DNA of 59,157 bases from a virus (lineage: Duplodnaviria > Caudoviricetes), in the IMG/VR virus record IMGVR_UViG_3300036782_000077, positions 1 to 59,157 of that record; one strand, given 5' to 3'. The notes under the pieces are model-generated. The model had not been told where the DNA came from, searched no databases, and saw only the letters and a list, made by a program, of their open reading frames with translations. A program made the position numbers and the translations under genes. Below are positions 47,108 through 57,193 of this stretch, one piece after another. How positions within the stretch are numbered: the first letter of the stretch is position 1; each line of letters opens with the position of its first letter.

Positions 47108-47156
47108 CGCGTACGCGCCCGTATCTTGACGCATAGCCGCTGGCTGGTGGGCCGGG
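47108..47156 (+). promoter_or_regulatory. late promoter motif copy 4 plus 20-nt leader element
   Basis: CGCGTACGCGCCCGTATCTT (47108-47127) then CCGCTGGCTGGTGGGCCGGG (47137-47156). Confidence 0.75.
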
Positions 47157-47206
47157 CACGCACCCCGCGAAGAGCGGGCTCTGTGCATGCCCGGAGGTGA
47201 CCGCGG

Positions 47207-50200
47207 ATGCCGCAGGTCGGCCGTACCTCCGTCCAGATCACGTCGGACACCGCCGCATACGCCGCCCAGCTCCGCGCCGAGCTTGCTCGCGCCGGCCGCG
47301 ACGCCGGGCAGACCCTCGACGACGCTGTCCAGCGGGCTGTCCGTGCCACCGGAGACCGCGCCAGCCGCCAGATCGGCCGCGACATCCAACGAGCCCTGCG
47401 GACCGTGCGCGCACAGGTCCGCGTCGAGCCGGACCTATCTCGGTTCGAGGCGCAGGTCCGTCGGCAGCTCCGTAGCCTGACCGCCAGCGTGCGGGTCGTG
47501 GCGGACGTCGCCGGGTTCCGGCAGTCTCTTGCTGGTGAGCTGCGCGGCCTGCCACCGGTACAGGTTCGGGTCACTCCAGACATGGCTCGGTTCCGGGCCG
47601 AGATCGCTCGCGAACTCCGGGCTCTGCCCTCGGTGGCTGTCGCGGTTCGCCCGGACTCCAGCCAATTCCGCCGCTTGCTCCAAGTCGAGTTGCGGAATCT
47701 GGATGCCGTGCGAGTGCCGGTCGCCCCGGACACGGCACGGCTCCGTGCCGACCTCCGGCGGGCTGCACGCGACGTTGCAGCGACCGTCCGCGTGGAGCCG
47801 GACGTTCAGCGGCTCCGGCGCGAGCTGGCGCAAGCCACGCGCGGCATCACGGTTGCTGTACACCTCCGGCCTGACGCGGTTCGGCTGCGGGCGGAGCTGG
47901 CCCGGCTGCGGCTGTCGGCGATCACTGTGCCGATCCACGCGGATCCTGCTGGGATGAGTCGTCTCGGTTCCATGAGTGGCCAGGCCGCAGGCGGACTGGA
48001 TCGGCTGGGGTCCAGCGCGGCCTCGGCGGAGGGCGGCCTCCTGTCTCTGGGGCGAGTGCTGGTTGCCCTCGGGCCGAGCGTTGCAGCATTCGCCAGCCAA
48101 CTCGTTCCGGCCGTCGGCATCATCGCGGCTACGCCCACTACGGTCCTCGGCCTCGTGGCCGCTTTCGGCACGCTCAAGGTCGCCCTCAGCGGCGTCGGCG
48201 AAGCGTTCGGCGCGGCCCTCGGTCCCGACACGAAGAAGTTCAACGAGGCCCTGGAGGAGCTTTCTCCCAAGGCACGTTCAGTTGCCCGCGAGCTGCATGT
48301 TCTTCAGCCCGCCTTCGACCGGTTAAAGAGCAGCGTTCAGGATGCCTTCTTCGGGCAGCTCGCCGGTGACATCACCAAGACGGCCTCCGCGCTGAGTCCG
48401 CTGCGGTCGGCGATGGCTGGGGTTGCTGCGGGGTGGGGACGGATCGCCTCGGCGTCGCTCACCGCCGTACGGGCGCAGTCGTCGCTGGCTGGGCTCGGGA
48501 ACGTATTCGCCGCAGTGCGGAGCATGCTCAACGCGCTCGCCCCGGCGGTGCAGCGGCTCCTCCAAGGCTTCATCGCGATGGGCGGGGCCGTCGCGCAGGC
48601 TTTCGGCGGCCGGGCGGCGACGGCGATGGCCAACCTCACGGCCCGCTTCGGTGACTTCATGGCGCGGGCGGCGCAGTCGGGGCAGGCGGTGGCCTGGGTG
48701 CAGGGTGCTGTCACGGTGTTCCGCCAGCTCGGCGCGGTTCTCGCCCCGCTCGGCGGCATCATCGGCGACGTCTTCGGTGCCCTGGCCGCCGGCGGTGGCG
48801 GCGTTCTGGGGGCGCTCGGGCCGGCGCTTCAGAGTCTGCGGACGCTGATCCAGCCGCTCCTGCCGGACATCACGCAGCTCGCAGCACTGATCCAGACGGT
48901 GCTGGGCACGGCTATCCAGGTGTTCGCGGCGGCGCTTCAGCCGCTGATCGAGGCCCTGTCGGGCGGCCTCCAGCAGGTCTTGCCGGCCATCTCGCAGGCG
49001 TTCACGCAGCTGGGGGCGGCACTCCAGCCGGTAGCTCGGCAGCTTGGGCAGACCCTGGGCACAGCCGTCCGAGCGCTGGTACCGGTGATGACGGCGCTGG
49101 CCCCCGTGCTGGCCACCGTGGGGCGGCTTTTCGGCGCGGTGCTCGGCGCGGCCCTCCGGATCGTGACGCCGCTGCTCCGGCCTCTCGGACAGATCATCTC
49201 CAGCGTCCTGGACGCGATCAACCCGCTTATCCCTGTATTGACCCAATTCGCCATGATGCTGGGCACGCAGCTCGGCAGCATGGTCAGTGGGCTCGTCCCG
49301 GTCTTCCGGGCACTGGCCGGCGTGGTCGTGCAGGTGATGAATGCACTGGTGCCGCTGGTGAATCAGGCATTGGCGGCACTCATGCCGGTACTGCCGCCCA
49401 TCGTCAGCGGCTTCAATCAGATGGTGGCCGCGATCGTGCCGGTCATCCCGCCGCTCGGCGACATGCTGGTCAGCATTACGCCGCTGCTGTCGACTCTCAT
49501 TCAGCTCGTCGCGCCGGTCCTCAGGGTCGCCGCGGCGTTCGCTGGATGGGCGCAGATCAATCTGGTCGTGCCGGTTGTCACGAAGATCGCGAGCGTCATC
49601 GCATCCGTGATCGGCTGGATTGCGAAATTCCAAGCGGCTGTGGCCTCGATGCCAGGAAAGGTCGTTTCCGCCGTCTCGTCGTTGGGGCCCAGGGTCGGCG
49701 GCTTCTTCACGTCGCTTTGGCAAAGCATCACATCAGGCGTCTCGTCGGCGGTCTCCTCGGTTGTCGGTTTCTTCACTGCTCTACCTGGACGGATCGTCGC
49801 AGCGCTCCAGGCACTGCCGAGGATGCTGTATGACGCATTCACCTCGGCGGTCGCTGGCCTCGGGATCGTCGTCTTGAGCGCGCTGGCGGGCGTCATCTAC
49901 GTATTCACGGAACTGCCGGGGAAGATCGTCTCTGCGCTGGGGAGTCTGGGCAGCACGATCGGTTCGTTCTTCAGCAGCGCGTTCCGGTCGGCGCTGTCCG
50001 CCGTCTCGTCGTTCATTTCCTCTGTCGGCTCCTTCTTCGCCTCACTCCCCGGCCGTATCGGCTCCGCGCTGGCCGCGTTGCCCGGCCGGGTTTCTGCCCT
50101 ATTCCGCTCGGCCGGCTCCGCTGCCCTGAGCGCGGCTCAGTCGCTGGGGTCGTCGGTTGTCGGCTTCTTCGCTTCCCTGCCAGGCCGGATTGGCTCTGCG

Positions 50201-50671
50201 CTCGCCTCGGTTGGGTCCCGGATCGCCGGCGCCTTCAGTCGAGCGTGGGGCGCTGCCCGGTCGGCGGTCGGTTCGTTGATCTCGAACGTGGTGAGCCTTT
50301 TCTCGTCGCTCCCGGGCCGGATCGCGTCGGCCTTGGGCTCCATCGGTTCGACGATCGTCAGCAAGATCAAGAGTGGCCTCCCGTCGGCTGTGCGCGATCT
50401 GCTCCCCTTCGCCGACGGCGGCGTCGTCCGTGTGGCGACTCCCGCTCTCATCGGCGAGGCTGGGCCCGAGGTCGTCATCCCGCTGACGCGTCCGCGGCGC
50501 GCTGCCGAGCTGGCGCAGCAGTCTGGGCTGCTGGATCTGCTCGCGCGGCAGGGCGCCGGCGGCGGGGGCACGCACATCACGAACAACTGGACCATCCAGT
50601 CGCGCATGTCGGATCCCATGGTGCTTGCGCAGCACCTCCAGGGACAGATCGCCCGAGCGGCGGGGGTGTAG
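47207..50671 (+). CDS. tape measure protein
   Basis: 1154 aa Ala/Leu-rich with LPGRI repeats; FADGG...GEAGPEVVIPL; TTA at 48323. Confidence 0.93.
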   Translation: MPQVGRTSVQITSDTAAYAAQLRAELARAGRDAGQTLDDAVQRAVRATGDRASRQIGRDIQRALRTVRAQVRVEPDLSRFEAQVRRQLRSLTASVRVVADVAGFRQSLAGELRGLPPVQVRVTPDMARFRAEIARELRALPSVAVAVRPDSSQFRRLLQVELRNLDAVRVPVAPDTARLRADLRRAARDVAATVRVEPDVQRLRRELAQATRGITVAVHLRPDAVRLRAELARLRLSAITVPIHADPAGMSRLGSMSGQAAGGLDRLGSSAASAEGGLLSLGRVLVALGPSVAAFASQLVPAVGIIAATPTTVLGLVAAFGTLKVALSGVGEAFGAALGPDTKKFNEALEELSPKARSVARELHVLQPAFDRLKSSVQDAFFGQLAGDITKTASALSPLRSAMAGVAAGWGRIASASLTAVRAQSSLAGLGNVFAAVRSMLNALAPAVQRLLQGFIAMGGAVAQAFGGRAATAMANLTARFGDFMARAAQSGQAVAWVQGAVTVFRQLGAVLAPLGGIIGDVFGALAAGGGGVLGALGPALQSLRTLIQPLLPDITQLAALIQTVLGTAIQVFAAALQPLIEALSGGLQQVLPAISQAFTQLGAALQPVARQLGQTLGTAVRALVPVMTALAPVLATVGRLFGAVLGAALRIVTPLLRPLGQIISSVLDAINPLIPVLTQFAMMLGTQLGSMVSGLVPVFRALAGVVVQVMNALVPLVNQALAALMPVLPPIVSGFNQMVAAIVPVIPPLGDMLVSITPLLSTLIQLVAPVLRVAAAFAGWAQINLVVPVVTKIASVIASVIGWIAKFQAAVASMPGKVVSAVSSLGPRVGGFFTSLWQSITSGVSSAVSSVVGFFTALPGRIVAALQALPRMLYDAFTSAVAGLGIVVLSALAGVIYVFTELPGKIVSALGSLGSTIGSFFSSAFRSALSAVSSFISSVGSFFASLPGRIGSALAALPGRVSALFRSAGSAALSAAQSLGSSVVGFFASLPGRIGSALASVGSRIAGAFSRAWGAARSAVGSLISNVVSLFSSLPGRIASALGSIGSTIVSKIKSGLPSAVRDLLPFADGGVVRVATPALIGEAGPEVVIPLTRPRRAAELAQQSGLLDLLARQGAGGGGTHITNNWTIQSRMSDPMVLAQHLQGQIARAAGV

Positions 50672-50674
50672 CCG

Positions 50675-51925
50675 ATGCTCGCGGACTACATGGACCTGGC
50701 CGGCAGCGAGATCGTCAACTCGGCTCGCGCGGCCGTGTATGCGCGGGCCCGCGGGGTGCCTGTGCAGTGCGATCCCTGCCCGGAGCTGCCGGCCGCGCTG
50801 GGCGATATGCCGTACGTGGATCCGGCGACTGACGGGGCTCCCTGGTACGACCGGGCGGTCCCGGAGTCCGCAGGCGTCCTTGGGCTGCTCGGTCTGTCAG
50901 TGGCGGGCTTCGACTCGGCCCCGGTCTCCCGCGAGCCTACGCAGCTCATTGGCGAGGGCGCGGCGCTCGGGCCGGTGCGGCGCAAGCACCGGGAAATCGC
51001 GTACACGGCGCTGCTCATCGCCGTGGATGAGGGCAGCCTGTCGTACGGGCTGGAGTGGCTGTCCAGCACGCTCCAGGGCAGCGCCTGCGGTCCCGCGACG
51101 TGTGGCGGCGACGAGATGTGCACGTTCTCGTGCTGCCCGGTGGACGGCGAGCGCGAGCTGCGCCACCTGTACGACGTGGGTCTGCTCGACGGGCCGCAGG
51201 TCACCGACACGCAATACCTCGCGGGCGGCGCCGTCCTGGCCAAGGTGACCTTCTCTCTGGCTGCGGGCACGCCATGGATCTATCGCGAGCCGCTGGCCAC
51301 CCGGTCTGAGGGATGGGTGCCGCTGGGTGACGGTGAGATCGTCCCTTTCACCGACCCCGATCAGGTCTACGACCAGTGTCTGACACCGCGGCCATGCCTG
51401 GACGACCCGCTGTGCCCGTCACCGGCTCTGCCGCCGCGGCCGCCGGTGCCGGTGAGCCCGTGCTATCCGACGGGGTTGGGAGATTTCCGGCGGATGCGGA
51501 TTCAGGTGTCGCCGTTGGAACAGCCGTCGTGGCTGGAGACGGTGCCGGTGCTGGAGGTGGAGACTGGCGAGCACGAGATGCGGCGGCTGATCGTGCGGTT
51601 CTGGGCGAACCCTCAGGGCAACCCCTGCGGCGAGTACAACGACCCGTGCAACGCCTGCGCGGACATGGTGGTCAGCTACCTGCCGGGCGGCTCCACGCTG
51701 ACCGTGGACGGCCGTGTGCAGCGGAGCGTGGTGGAGTGCCCGCAGGAGCCGATCGGTACAGCAACGTCCGCGCCGACCCTCTTCGGGGCGCAAGGGCGGT
51801 CTTTCCAGTTCCCGATCTTCAACTGCCCCACGGGGCTGTGCGTGGAGATCTGGTCGCGGCTGGACGCCACCGCGCCTGACGCGCGGGCTCGTGTGCTGCT
51901 GGTGCCTCGATCGGACGTGGGGTGA
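50675..51925 (+). CDS. minor tail protein (distal tail-like)
   Basis: Follows tape measure; EIVN.AR, D.APWYD...PES. Confidence 0.7.
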   Translation: MLADYMDLAGSEIVNSARAAVYARARGVPVQCDPCPELPAALGDMPYVDPATDGAPWYDRAVPESAGVLGLLGLSVAGFDSAPVSREPTQLIGEGAALGPVRRKHREIAYTALLIAVDEGSLSYGLEWLSSTLQGSACGPATCGGDEMCTFSCCPVDGERELRHLYDVGLLDGPQVTDTQYLAGGAVLAKVTFSLAAGTPWIYREPLATRSEGWVPLGDGEIVPFTDPDQVYDQCLTPRPCLDDPLCPSPALPPRPPVPVSPCYPTGLGDFRRMRIQVSPLEQPSWLETVPVLEVETGEHEMRRLIVRFWANPQGNPCGEYNDPCNACADMVVSYLPGGSTLTVDGRVQRSVVECPQEPIGTATSAPTLFGAQGRSFQFPIFNCPTGLCVEIWSRLDATAPDARARVLLVPRSDVG

Positions 51926-53073
51926 TGCAGGTGCTGGGGTGCGCAGAGGGATACACCGCGGCGATCCATTGGCGTGGCGGCGCGCGGGCGTTCGTGGCGG
52001 AGTCGGCGATGGCGGGCCTCACCTCGTGCTCGTGGAGCCGGACGCTCAACGACGTCTCCGAAGCACAGGCCGTCGTGGCCAAGGGCGGGGCGGGGCCGGG
52101 GTGCTGCTCGGCTCTCGGGCAGGTGGAGCCGTGGGTGCATGAGCTGACGATCTGCCGGGATGGCGATCTGGTGTGGCAGGGGCCGGTCACCAAGGTGACG
52201 GAGCGCCGGGACAGCTTGAGGATCGAGGCACAGGACGTCTCCGCGTGGCTGGACCACCTGGTGAACACCACCTTGATCCGCTACGTGGACGCGTCGGGGC
52301 CGGACGGCCGCTACCGGGCGCCAGTCACGCACATCGCGTGGAACATCTTGCGGCTGAACTTGGTCGACGCGCTGTCGCAGCCGCACGACTACCCGCAGGT
52401 CATGGACTACATCGTGCGGCGCGATCCTGCCGAGCAGGTCCGCTTCGAGAAGGATGGCACGCACAACCGGTCTGTCTGGACGGCGTACGTCGGCGACATC
52501 TGGCGTGAGCTGGCGAAGAGGGGCCTGTCCTGGACTGCGGTGGGCCGCTCTCTGCTGCTGCGGGGCCGGCCGACGGATTCGACGGTCGCGCTGGCCCGGC
52601 TGGAGTTGGACCACATCCTCGGGGACGTCGAGGTCATCAAGGACGGCACGAGCGCGGCGACGTACGGGTGGGCCACGACCCAGCAGGAGCAGGACATCGA
52701 GGATGGGCTCACCGTCGGAACGGGGCGGACGGGCACACCGTACGGGCGCCTGGACACGCTGGTGAAGGTCCAGGGGCAGGAGACGAGCGCGGCCGACCTA
52801 CGGCAGGCGGCGCGGGAGGCAGTTGCCGGCCGGTATCCGGTGCCGGTGACGATCAGCGTGCCGGACGGGAGTCAGCTCTCCCCGCTGGCGCCGATACGGG
52901 TCGAGGGGCTCGTGCCAGGCGAGCGAATCGACGTGCTGGCGGCCGATTTCTGCATGCCAGTGGCGCAGGGATTCGCCCTCACAGACGTGGAAGCGGAGTG
53001 GGGCGACGGCGGCGAGAAGATCGGGATCACGCTCGTCCCGCTCGCCGATGTTGACGAGGCGGTGGGGCAATGA
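51922..53073 (+). CDS. minor tail protein (hub-like)
   Basis: W.R.L.D.S.A, RDGDLVWQGPV, LVPG. Confidence 0.7.
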   Translation: MMQVLGCAEGYTAAIHWRGGARAFVAESAMAGLTSCSWSRTLNDVSEAQAVVAKGGAGPGCCSALGQVEPWVHELTICRDGDLVWQGPVTKVTERRDSLRIEAQDVSAWLDHLVNTTLIRYVDASGPDGRYRAPVTHIAWNILRLNLVDALSQPHDYPQVMDYIVRRDPAEQVRFEKDGTHNRSVWTAYVGDIWRELAKRGLSWTAVGRSLLLRGRPTDSTVALARLELDHILGDVEVIKDGTSAATYGWATTQQEQDIEDGLTVGTGRTGTPYGRLDTLVKVQGQETSAADLRQAAREAVAGRYPVPVTISVPDGSQLSPLAPIRVEGLVPGERIDVLAADFCMPVAQGFALTDVEAEWGDGGEKIGITLVPLADVDEAVGQ

Positions 53074-53270
53074 GCGCTCCTGTGGCAGGTCAGCGGGCCG
53101 GTCAGCGGCCGATGCGGGCGGCCGTGGCCGCGCAGCGGGCTCTGGGCCGTATGGCGGCCGACCAGTCAAGCGTCAGCGGCGAGTTGATCGTGAACATCGG
53201 CGGCCGCTGGTTCCGGCAGTACGTAGACGACCACGGGCAGATGCACCGGGACCCGATCCCGGCGCCGTGA
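53070..53270 (+). CDS. small hypothetical tail-region protein
   Basis: ATGA overlap. Confidence 0.55.
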   Translation: MSAPVAGQRAGQRPMRAAVAAQRALGRMAADQSSVSGELIVNIGGRWFRQYVDDHGQMHRDPIPAP

Positions 53271-53282
53271 AAGGAGATGGAC

Positions 53283-55151
53283 ATGGCCAGGTGCGGATGC
53301 TCGGGGAGCTGCTCGTGCGTCGTGCGCGGGGCGGCGCCGGTCACGGTGACGGGCAACGGCAGCGTGCAGCAGCCGTATGTCATCAGCCTCGGGCAGGACG
53401 GGCAGACCGGCTGCGAGGCGATCACCGCGTGCGTCGCGCAGAACTTGGGTCCGGGCCTGGCGTACGACAAGGGCACCGGGAAGATCCAGGCGAAGCTGTC
53501 CAAGGACGCCGGGCAGACGCTCCGATTCGGCTCGGACGGCGGGCTCCTGGACACCACGGGCGGCACCCCGTCACCGGCGACGTGCGGGCGGACGATCGAG
53601 TCCTTGCCGGCCGCGCCGGACGTGGTGGGGGCCTACGCGCTCGCTGGCCTGCACAACGCTTACTCCAGCCCGTACGGAGTCGATTACTGCCTCGCGCACC
53701 AGGTGGACATCATCGGCATGTCCGTGGCGACCACGAGTGATGACGTGGGGGTGCTGTCGGACTACGACGATTGCCGGATCACCGAGGATCGGTCGAGCAT
53801 CTACGTTTCGCAGGACATCCGCCGTATGTCCGCGGACACGGTGGTCAGCACGTACAACTACGCGGGGAACGTGGATGATCCCGTGGCATACCTGCGCCCG
53901 CAAAGCGTCCCGCGGAGTGACCGACGGGGCGGGTGGTATGGGTGGCTCGCGCAGCGGTATCACCAGCCGCTGCTGTCGGACATGCTGACTAAGGTCGGCG
54001 GCAAGGCCGTGGTGATGCTTCAGTGCCACTTGCCAGAGGGCGCTGCCTATCCGACGGAGGCGGAGAACGTCCGCGGGGCGATTCGGTCGGTGCTTCAGTG
54101 CTGTGCGCAGCAGTGGGCGATCGTCGCGGTGCGCGAGCTGGAGACGGCGACGACGATCGTGAACGCGGGCATCACCGCGTGCGTGGTGCCGCCTCGGGCC
54201 AAGGTGTACGGCGACACGACGATGCCGTATGCGCCGGAGGACGTGGTGGCGAGCGGCGCCACGTGGATGGTCTTGGACGACCTCTACCACAACGTGGTCT
54301 TTCAGGCGTACAAGGACGCAGGGTTGCAGGTTCTGATGTGGGGGAACTCCCGGCATTCCTGGAGGGGCCGGGTGCAGACGCTGGGCATCAGGGGCGGCTA
54401 CGTGCTTGACCCGGTGTACTACCGGGGGCCGGAGGAGCACGACTACCGCGGCGAGGTGGACCCGTGGGAGCACCGGCGGCCAGGCGTGGGCCACCTCACC
54501 TACCGGACGGATCACAGGGATGTGACCTCGGCGGGCGGGTACGTGCGTGGCCGGGCGGAGGTTGCGGAGCAAGGGCTGATCATCCCGAGGAACTTCGGGG
54601 ACGGGCAGGGGCGGCCTTCGATCCTGATCGGGTGGCTGTGCCCACTCCAAGACGCGACCGCCTACACGATCACGTGGGCGATGAAGTGGACCGGCATGCC
54701 CAGCCCCACGAGCGGGACCGCGAAAATGGGACTGCTTTTCGGGGCGGCATCGGACAAGGATCCGTACGCATGGGCGCAGAAAGACCCCGCACTGAATCCA
54801 CTGAAGTACCCGCAGGGGCCCCAAATGATGTACCGGGCCTATCAGCGCACGACGGGCGAAATTGGCCTGGCGAAGTGGTCGGATGCTACGGGCCCGATAC
54901 AATACCTGGCCGCGAAGACGACGCCAGCCATCACTGCGAACGTGTGGAACGACTACGAACTGAAGGTTGAGCCGGACAAGATCACGTTCACGCGGATCAG
55001 CGCTGGCGGGACGCGGTACACGGTGGCCGCGGCCGACACCCAGTACCGCGGCGCCTACTTCTTCCTGGAGAAGGAGGAGTCCTTCCAAGGGGAAGCGGCG
55101 CATCAGTTCGAAGGCAAAGTCAAGAACTTGGCATACCGGAGGGCCTCATGA
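53283..55151 (+). CDS. tail / receptor-binding protein with degenerate GDPD-like domain and beta-sandwich C-terminus
   Basis: MARCGC..VTGNGS..PYVI N-terminus; T.D.V.V, P.L.D.L, AGLQV..W GDPD-like pattern. Confidence 0.6.
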   Translation: MARCGCSGSCSCVVRGAAPVTVTGNGSVQQPYVISLGQDGQTGCEAITACVAQNLGPGLAYDKGTGKIQAKLSKDAGQTLRFGSDGGLLDTTGGTPSPATCGRTIESLPAAPDVVGAYALAGLHNAYSSPYGVDYCLAHQVDIIGMSVATTSDDVGVLSDYDDCRITEDRSSIYVSQDIRRMSADTVVSTYNYAGNVDDPVAYLRPQSVPRSDRRGGWYGWLAQRYHQPLLSDMLTKVGGKAVVMLQCHLPEGAAYPTEAENVRGAIRSVLQCCAQQWAIVAVRELETATTIVNAGITACVVPPRAKVYGDTTMPYAPEDVVASGATWMVLDDLYHNVVFQAYKDAGLQVLMWGNSRHSWRGRVQTLGIRGGYVLDPVYYRGPEEHDYRGEVDPWEHRRPGVGHLTYRTDHRDVTSAGGYVRGRAEVAEQGLIIPRNFGDGQGRPSILIGWLCPLQDATAYTITWAMKWTGMPSPTSGTAKMGLLFGAASDKDPYAWAQKDPALNPLKYPQGPQMMYRAYQRTTGEIGLAKWSDATGPIQYLAAKTTPAITANVWNDYELKVEPDKITFTRISAGGTRYTVAAADTQYRGAYFFLEKEESFQGEAAHQFEGKVKNLAYRRAS

Positions 55152-55879
55152 TCAAAGGTGTCGACGTCAGCTCGTACAACACCTTATATTCCGCCGAGGG
55201 GTTGGACTTCGTGTTCGTTAAGGCCACAGAGGGCCGCTCCTACATCAACCCGCACCAGTCAGCGCAAGCAGCCAAGGCACGCAAGGCAGGAGCGGTGGTC
55301 GGCTTCTACCACTTCTTGTGGCCGGGGAACATAGCCGCGCAGGCCGCGTACTTCGTCGAGAAGTGCGCCTCCGTCGAGGGCGACCTCCTGGCCGCCGACT
55401 GGGAGACCACCGGCTCGGGGACGGCGGCGAGCAGCGCGGAGAAGGACCAGTTCCTCAAGGAGGTCAAGCGGCTGCGCCCCACCCACCGGGTGCTGTTGTA
55501 CTGCAACCGCGACTTCTGGCTCATCCGCGACAGCACGTCCTACGCCGCCGACGGCCTGTGGATCGCCGACTACGTTACCGCCAGCCGCCCCCGGATCAAG
55601 GCTCCGTGGCTGTTCCACCAGCACGCCGACAAGCCGCTCGACACCGATGTCGGGGCCTTCCCCGACCGGGCCGCGCTGCGGAAGTGGGCGACCGGCACCG
55701 CGGCTCCGCCGCACCGCCCCTCGCCCCCGTCGGCCGCCGTGTACACCGTACGGTCCGGCGACACCCTGTCGGGCATCGCAACCCGCTACGGCACGACCGT
55801 CTCCAAGCTCGCCGCGGCGAACGGCATCAAGGACCCGAACCGCATCGCCGCTGGCCAGACCATCAAGATCGTGAAGTGA
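55148..55879 (+). CDS. endolysin (GH25 muramidase plus LysM)
   Basis: GVDVSSY, KATEG, GFYHF, DWE, LWIADY; [12 protein letters not shown] LysM; TTA at codon 13. Confidence 0.93.
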   Translation: MIKGVDVSSYNTLYSAEGLDFVFVKATEGRSYINPHQSAQAAKARKAGAVVGFYHFLWPGNIAAQAAYFVEKCASVEGDLLAADWETTGSGTAASSAEKDQFLKEVKRLRPTHRVLLYCNRDFWLIRDSTSYAADGLWIADYVTASRPRIKAPWLFHQHADKPLDTDVGAFPDRAALRKWATGTAAPPHRPSPPSAAVYTVRSGDTLSGIATRYGTTVSKLAAANGIKDPNRIAAGQTIKIVK

Positions 55880-55884
55880 GCCCC

Positions 55885-56124
55885 ATGACTGACGCCGCCC
55901 GCCGTACCGTCCGTACCATCGTGCAGACCACGGTCGCTCTCGCCGTGATGCTGCCCGCGATCGTGGATGCCTCCGGCATCCCTGCATCCCTGCCGTGGGT
56001 CGCCGTCGCACTTGCTGTCGCCGGTGGCCTGGCCCGCGTGATGGCACTGCCGGGTTTGCAGGCTCTGCTGCCCGGCTGGCTGCGCACCGCCCCGCCGAAC
56101 CGGACTGAGGGCGGTAGCGCGTGA
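55885..56124 (+). CDS. holin
   Basis: RTVRTIVQT, two TM helices, directly after lysin. Confidence 0.75.
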   Translation: MTDAARRTVRTIVQTTVALAVMLPAIVDASGIPASLPWVAVALAVAGGLARVMALPGLQALLPGWLRTAPPNRTEGGSA

Positions 56125-56375
56125 GCGACCCCGCTGCATCCGACGTGGCCCTCGAACTCGAACGACTGCGAGGAACCGTCGAGGCTGGTTTTGCCCGCAT
56201 CGACGGTTCCCTCGCCCTACTCGTTCAGCGCTCCGATCAGACTGACCGGCAGCTCGCTGACCTCGACGCTCGCCTCGACGCCGTGGAGCGCCGCCGATGG
56301 CCGCTGCCGACCGTCGGCGCGTTGACGGGGCTGGCGGCGCTGGTGGTGGCCGTGGTCGAGGCTGCTGCACGGTGA
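56121..56375 (+). CDS. coiled-coil protein with C-terminal TM (lysis accessory)
   Basis: VALELERLRG...RLDAVERRRWP plus TM. Confidence 0.7.
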   Translation: MSDPAASDVALELERLRGTVEAGFARIDGSLALLVQRSDQTDRQLADLDARLDAVERRRWPLPTVGALTGLAALVVAVVEAAAR

Positions 56376-56449
56376 TCCTCTGCGCCCTGTCACGAGGACT
56401 AGTGCGCGGGCTACGGTGCGGGCATTACCGATCGCTCAATGGAGGCGGC

Positions 56450-57184
56450 GTGTCTCGACGACTGCGCAAGGTCGGCACCAACAGCGGCAACAACGGGTGC
56501 CCCACCCTGTACGAGATTCCTGGTACGGATCGCTACGTAGTGCAAGGCGATCGTGTCACCGATCCTGGTGAGCTGGGGCAGCTTGACAACCTCTCCCCGG
56601 AAGAAGACGCCGTTACGGTACCGCGTGAGCTGCTCGCCAATTTCGGCCCAAAAGAACCAGTGCACGTGCCTCAACTCATCACCTTCGATGAGTTCGACAC
56701 CATGTTCACCACGATGAAGCACTCCGCGTGGCGGCTGGAGACGCGACGCCGGTACGCATGGGATGAGACCCAGGAGTCCTACGCCCAGTTCGCGCGGGGC
56801 GAGGACGTGGTGTGGGACATGGAGGACGCCTGGTGCCAGGAGCGCCGTGTCCACACGGGCCTCGGGAAGCGCTACGAGCGGGTCCGGATCCTGGACTCGC
56901 CACCGACAATGGGGCAGAAGTACCTGTTGGAGAACGCCCGTCGCAACGAGGCAGTCGGCGAGGATATCCGCGTCCTCACCCGCAGCGAGGCAGACGAACT
57001 GAACCTGCCAGCAGAGGACTTCTGGCTCTTCGACTCGCGCGTGGTGGCGCTCCTGCACTTCGATGATGCCGACGAGATGACCGGGGTGGAGCTGATCACC
57101 AATCCCGTCGAGGTCGTCCGCTACTCGCAGGCCCGCGAGGCTGCGTGGCACCACGCTGTGCCCCACGAGCAGGCCAGCAGGTAG
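56450..57184 (+). CDS. DUF6879-like protein with fused N-terminal CPTLY domain
   Basis: GGAGG RBS; S....CPTLY..VVQG; AWRLETR..Y, RVR, GEDIR, DFWLFD. Confidence 0.75.
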   Translation: MSRRLRKVGTNSGNNGCPTLYEIPGTDRYVVQGDRVTDPGELGQLDNLSPEEDAVTVPRELLANFGPKEPVHVPQLITFDEFDTMFTTMKHSAWRLETRRRYAWDETQESYAQFARGEDVVWDMEDAWCQERRVHTGLGKRYERVRILDSPPTMGQKYLLENARRNEAVGEDIRVLTRSEADELNLPAEDFWLFDSRVVALLHFDDADEMTGVELITNPVEVVRYSQAREAAWHHAVPHEQASR

Positions 57185-57193
57185 CTTCGCCGT

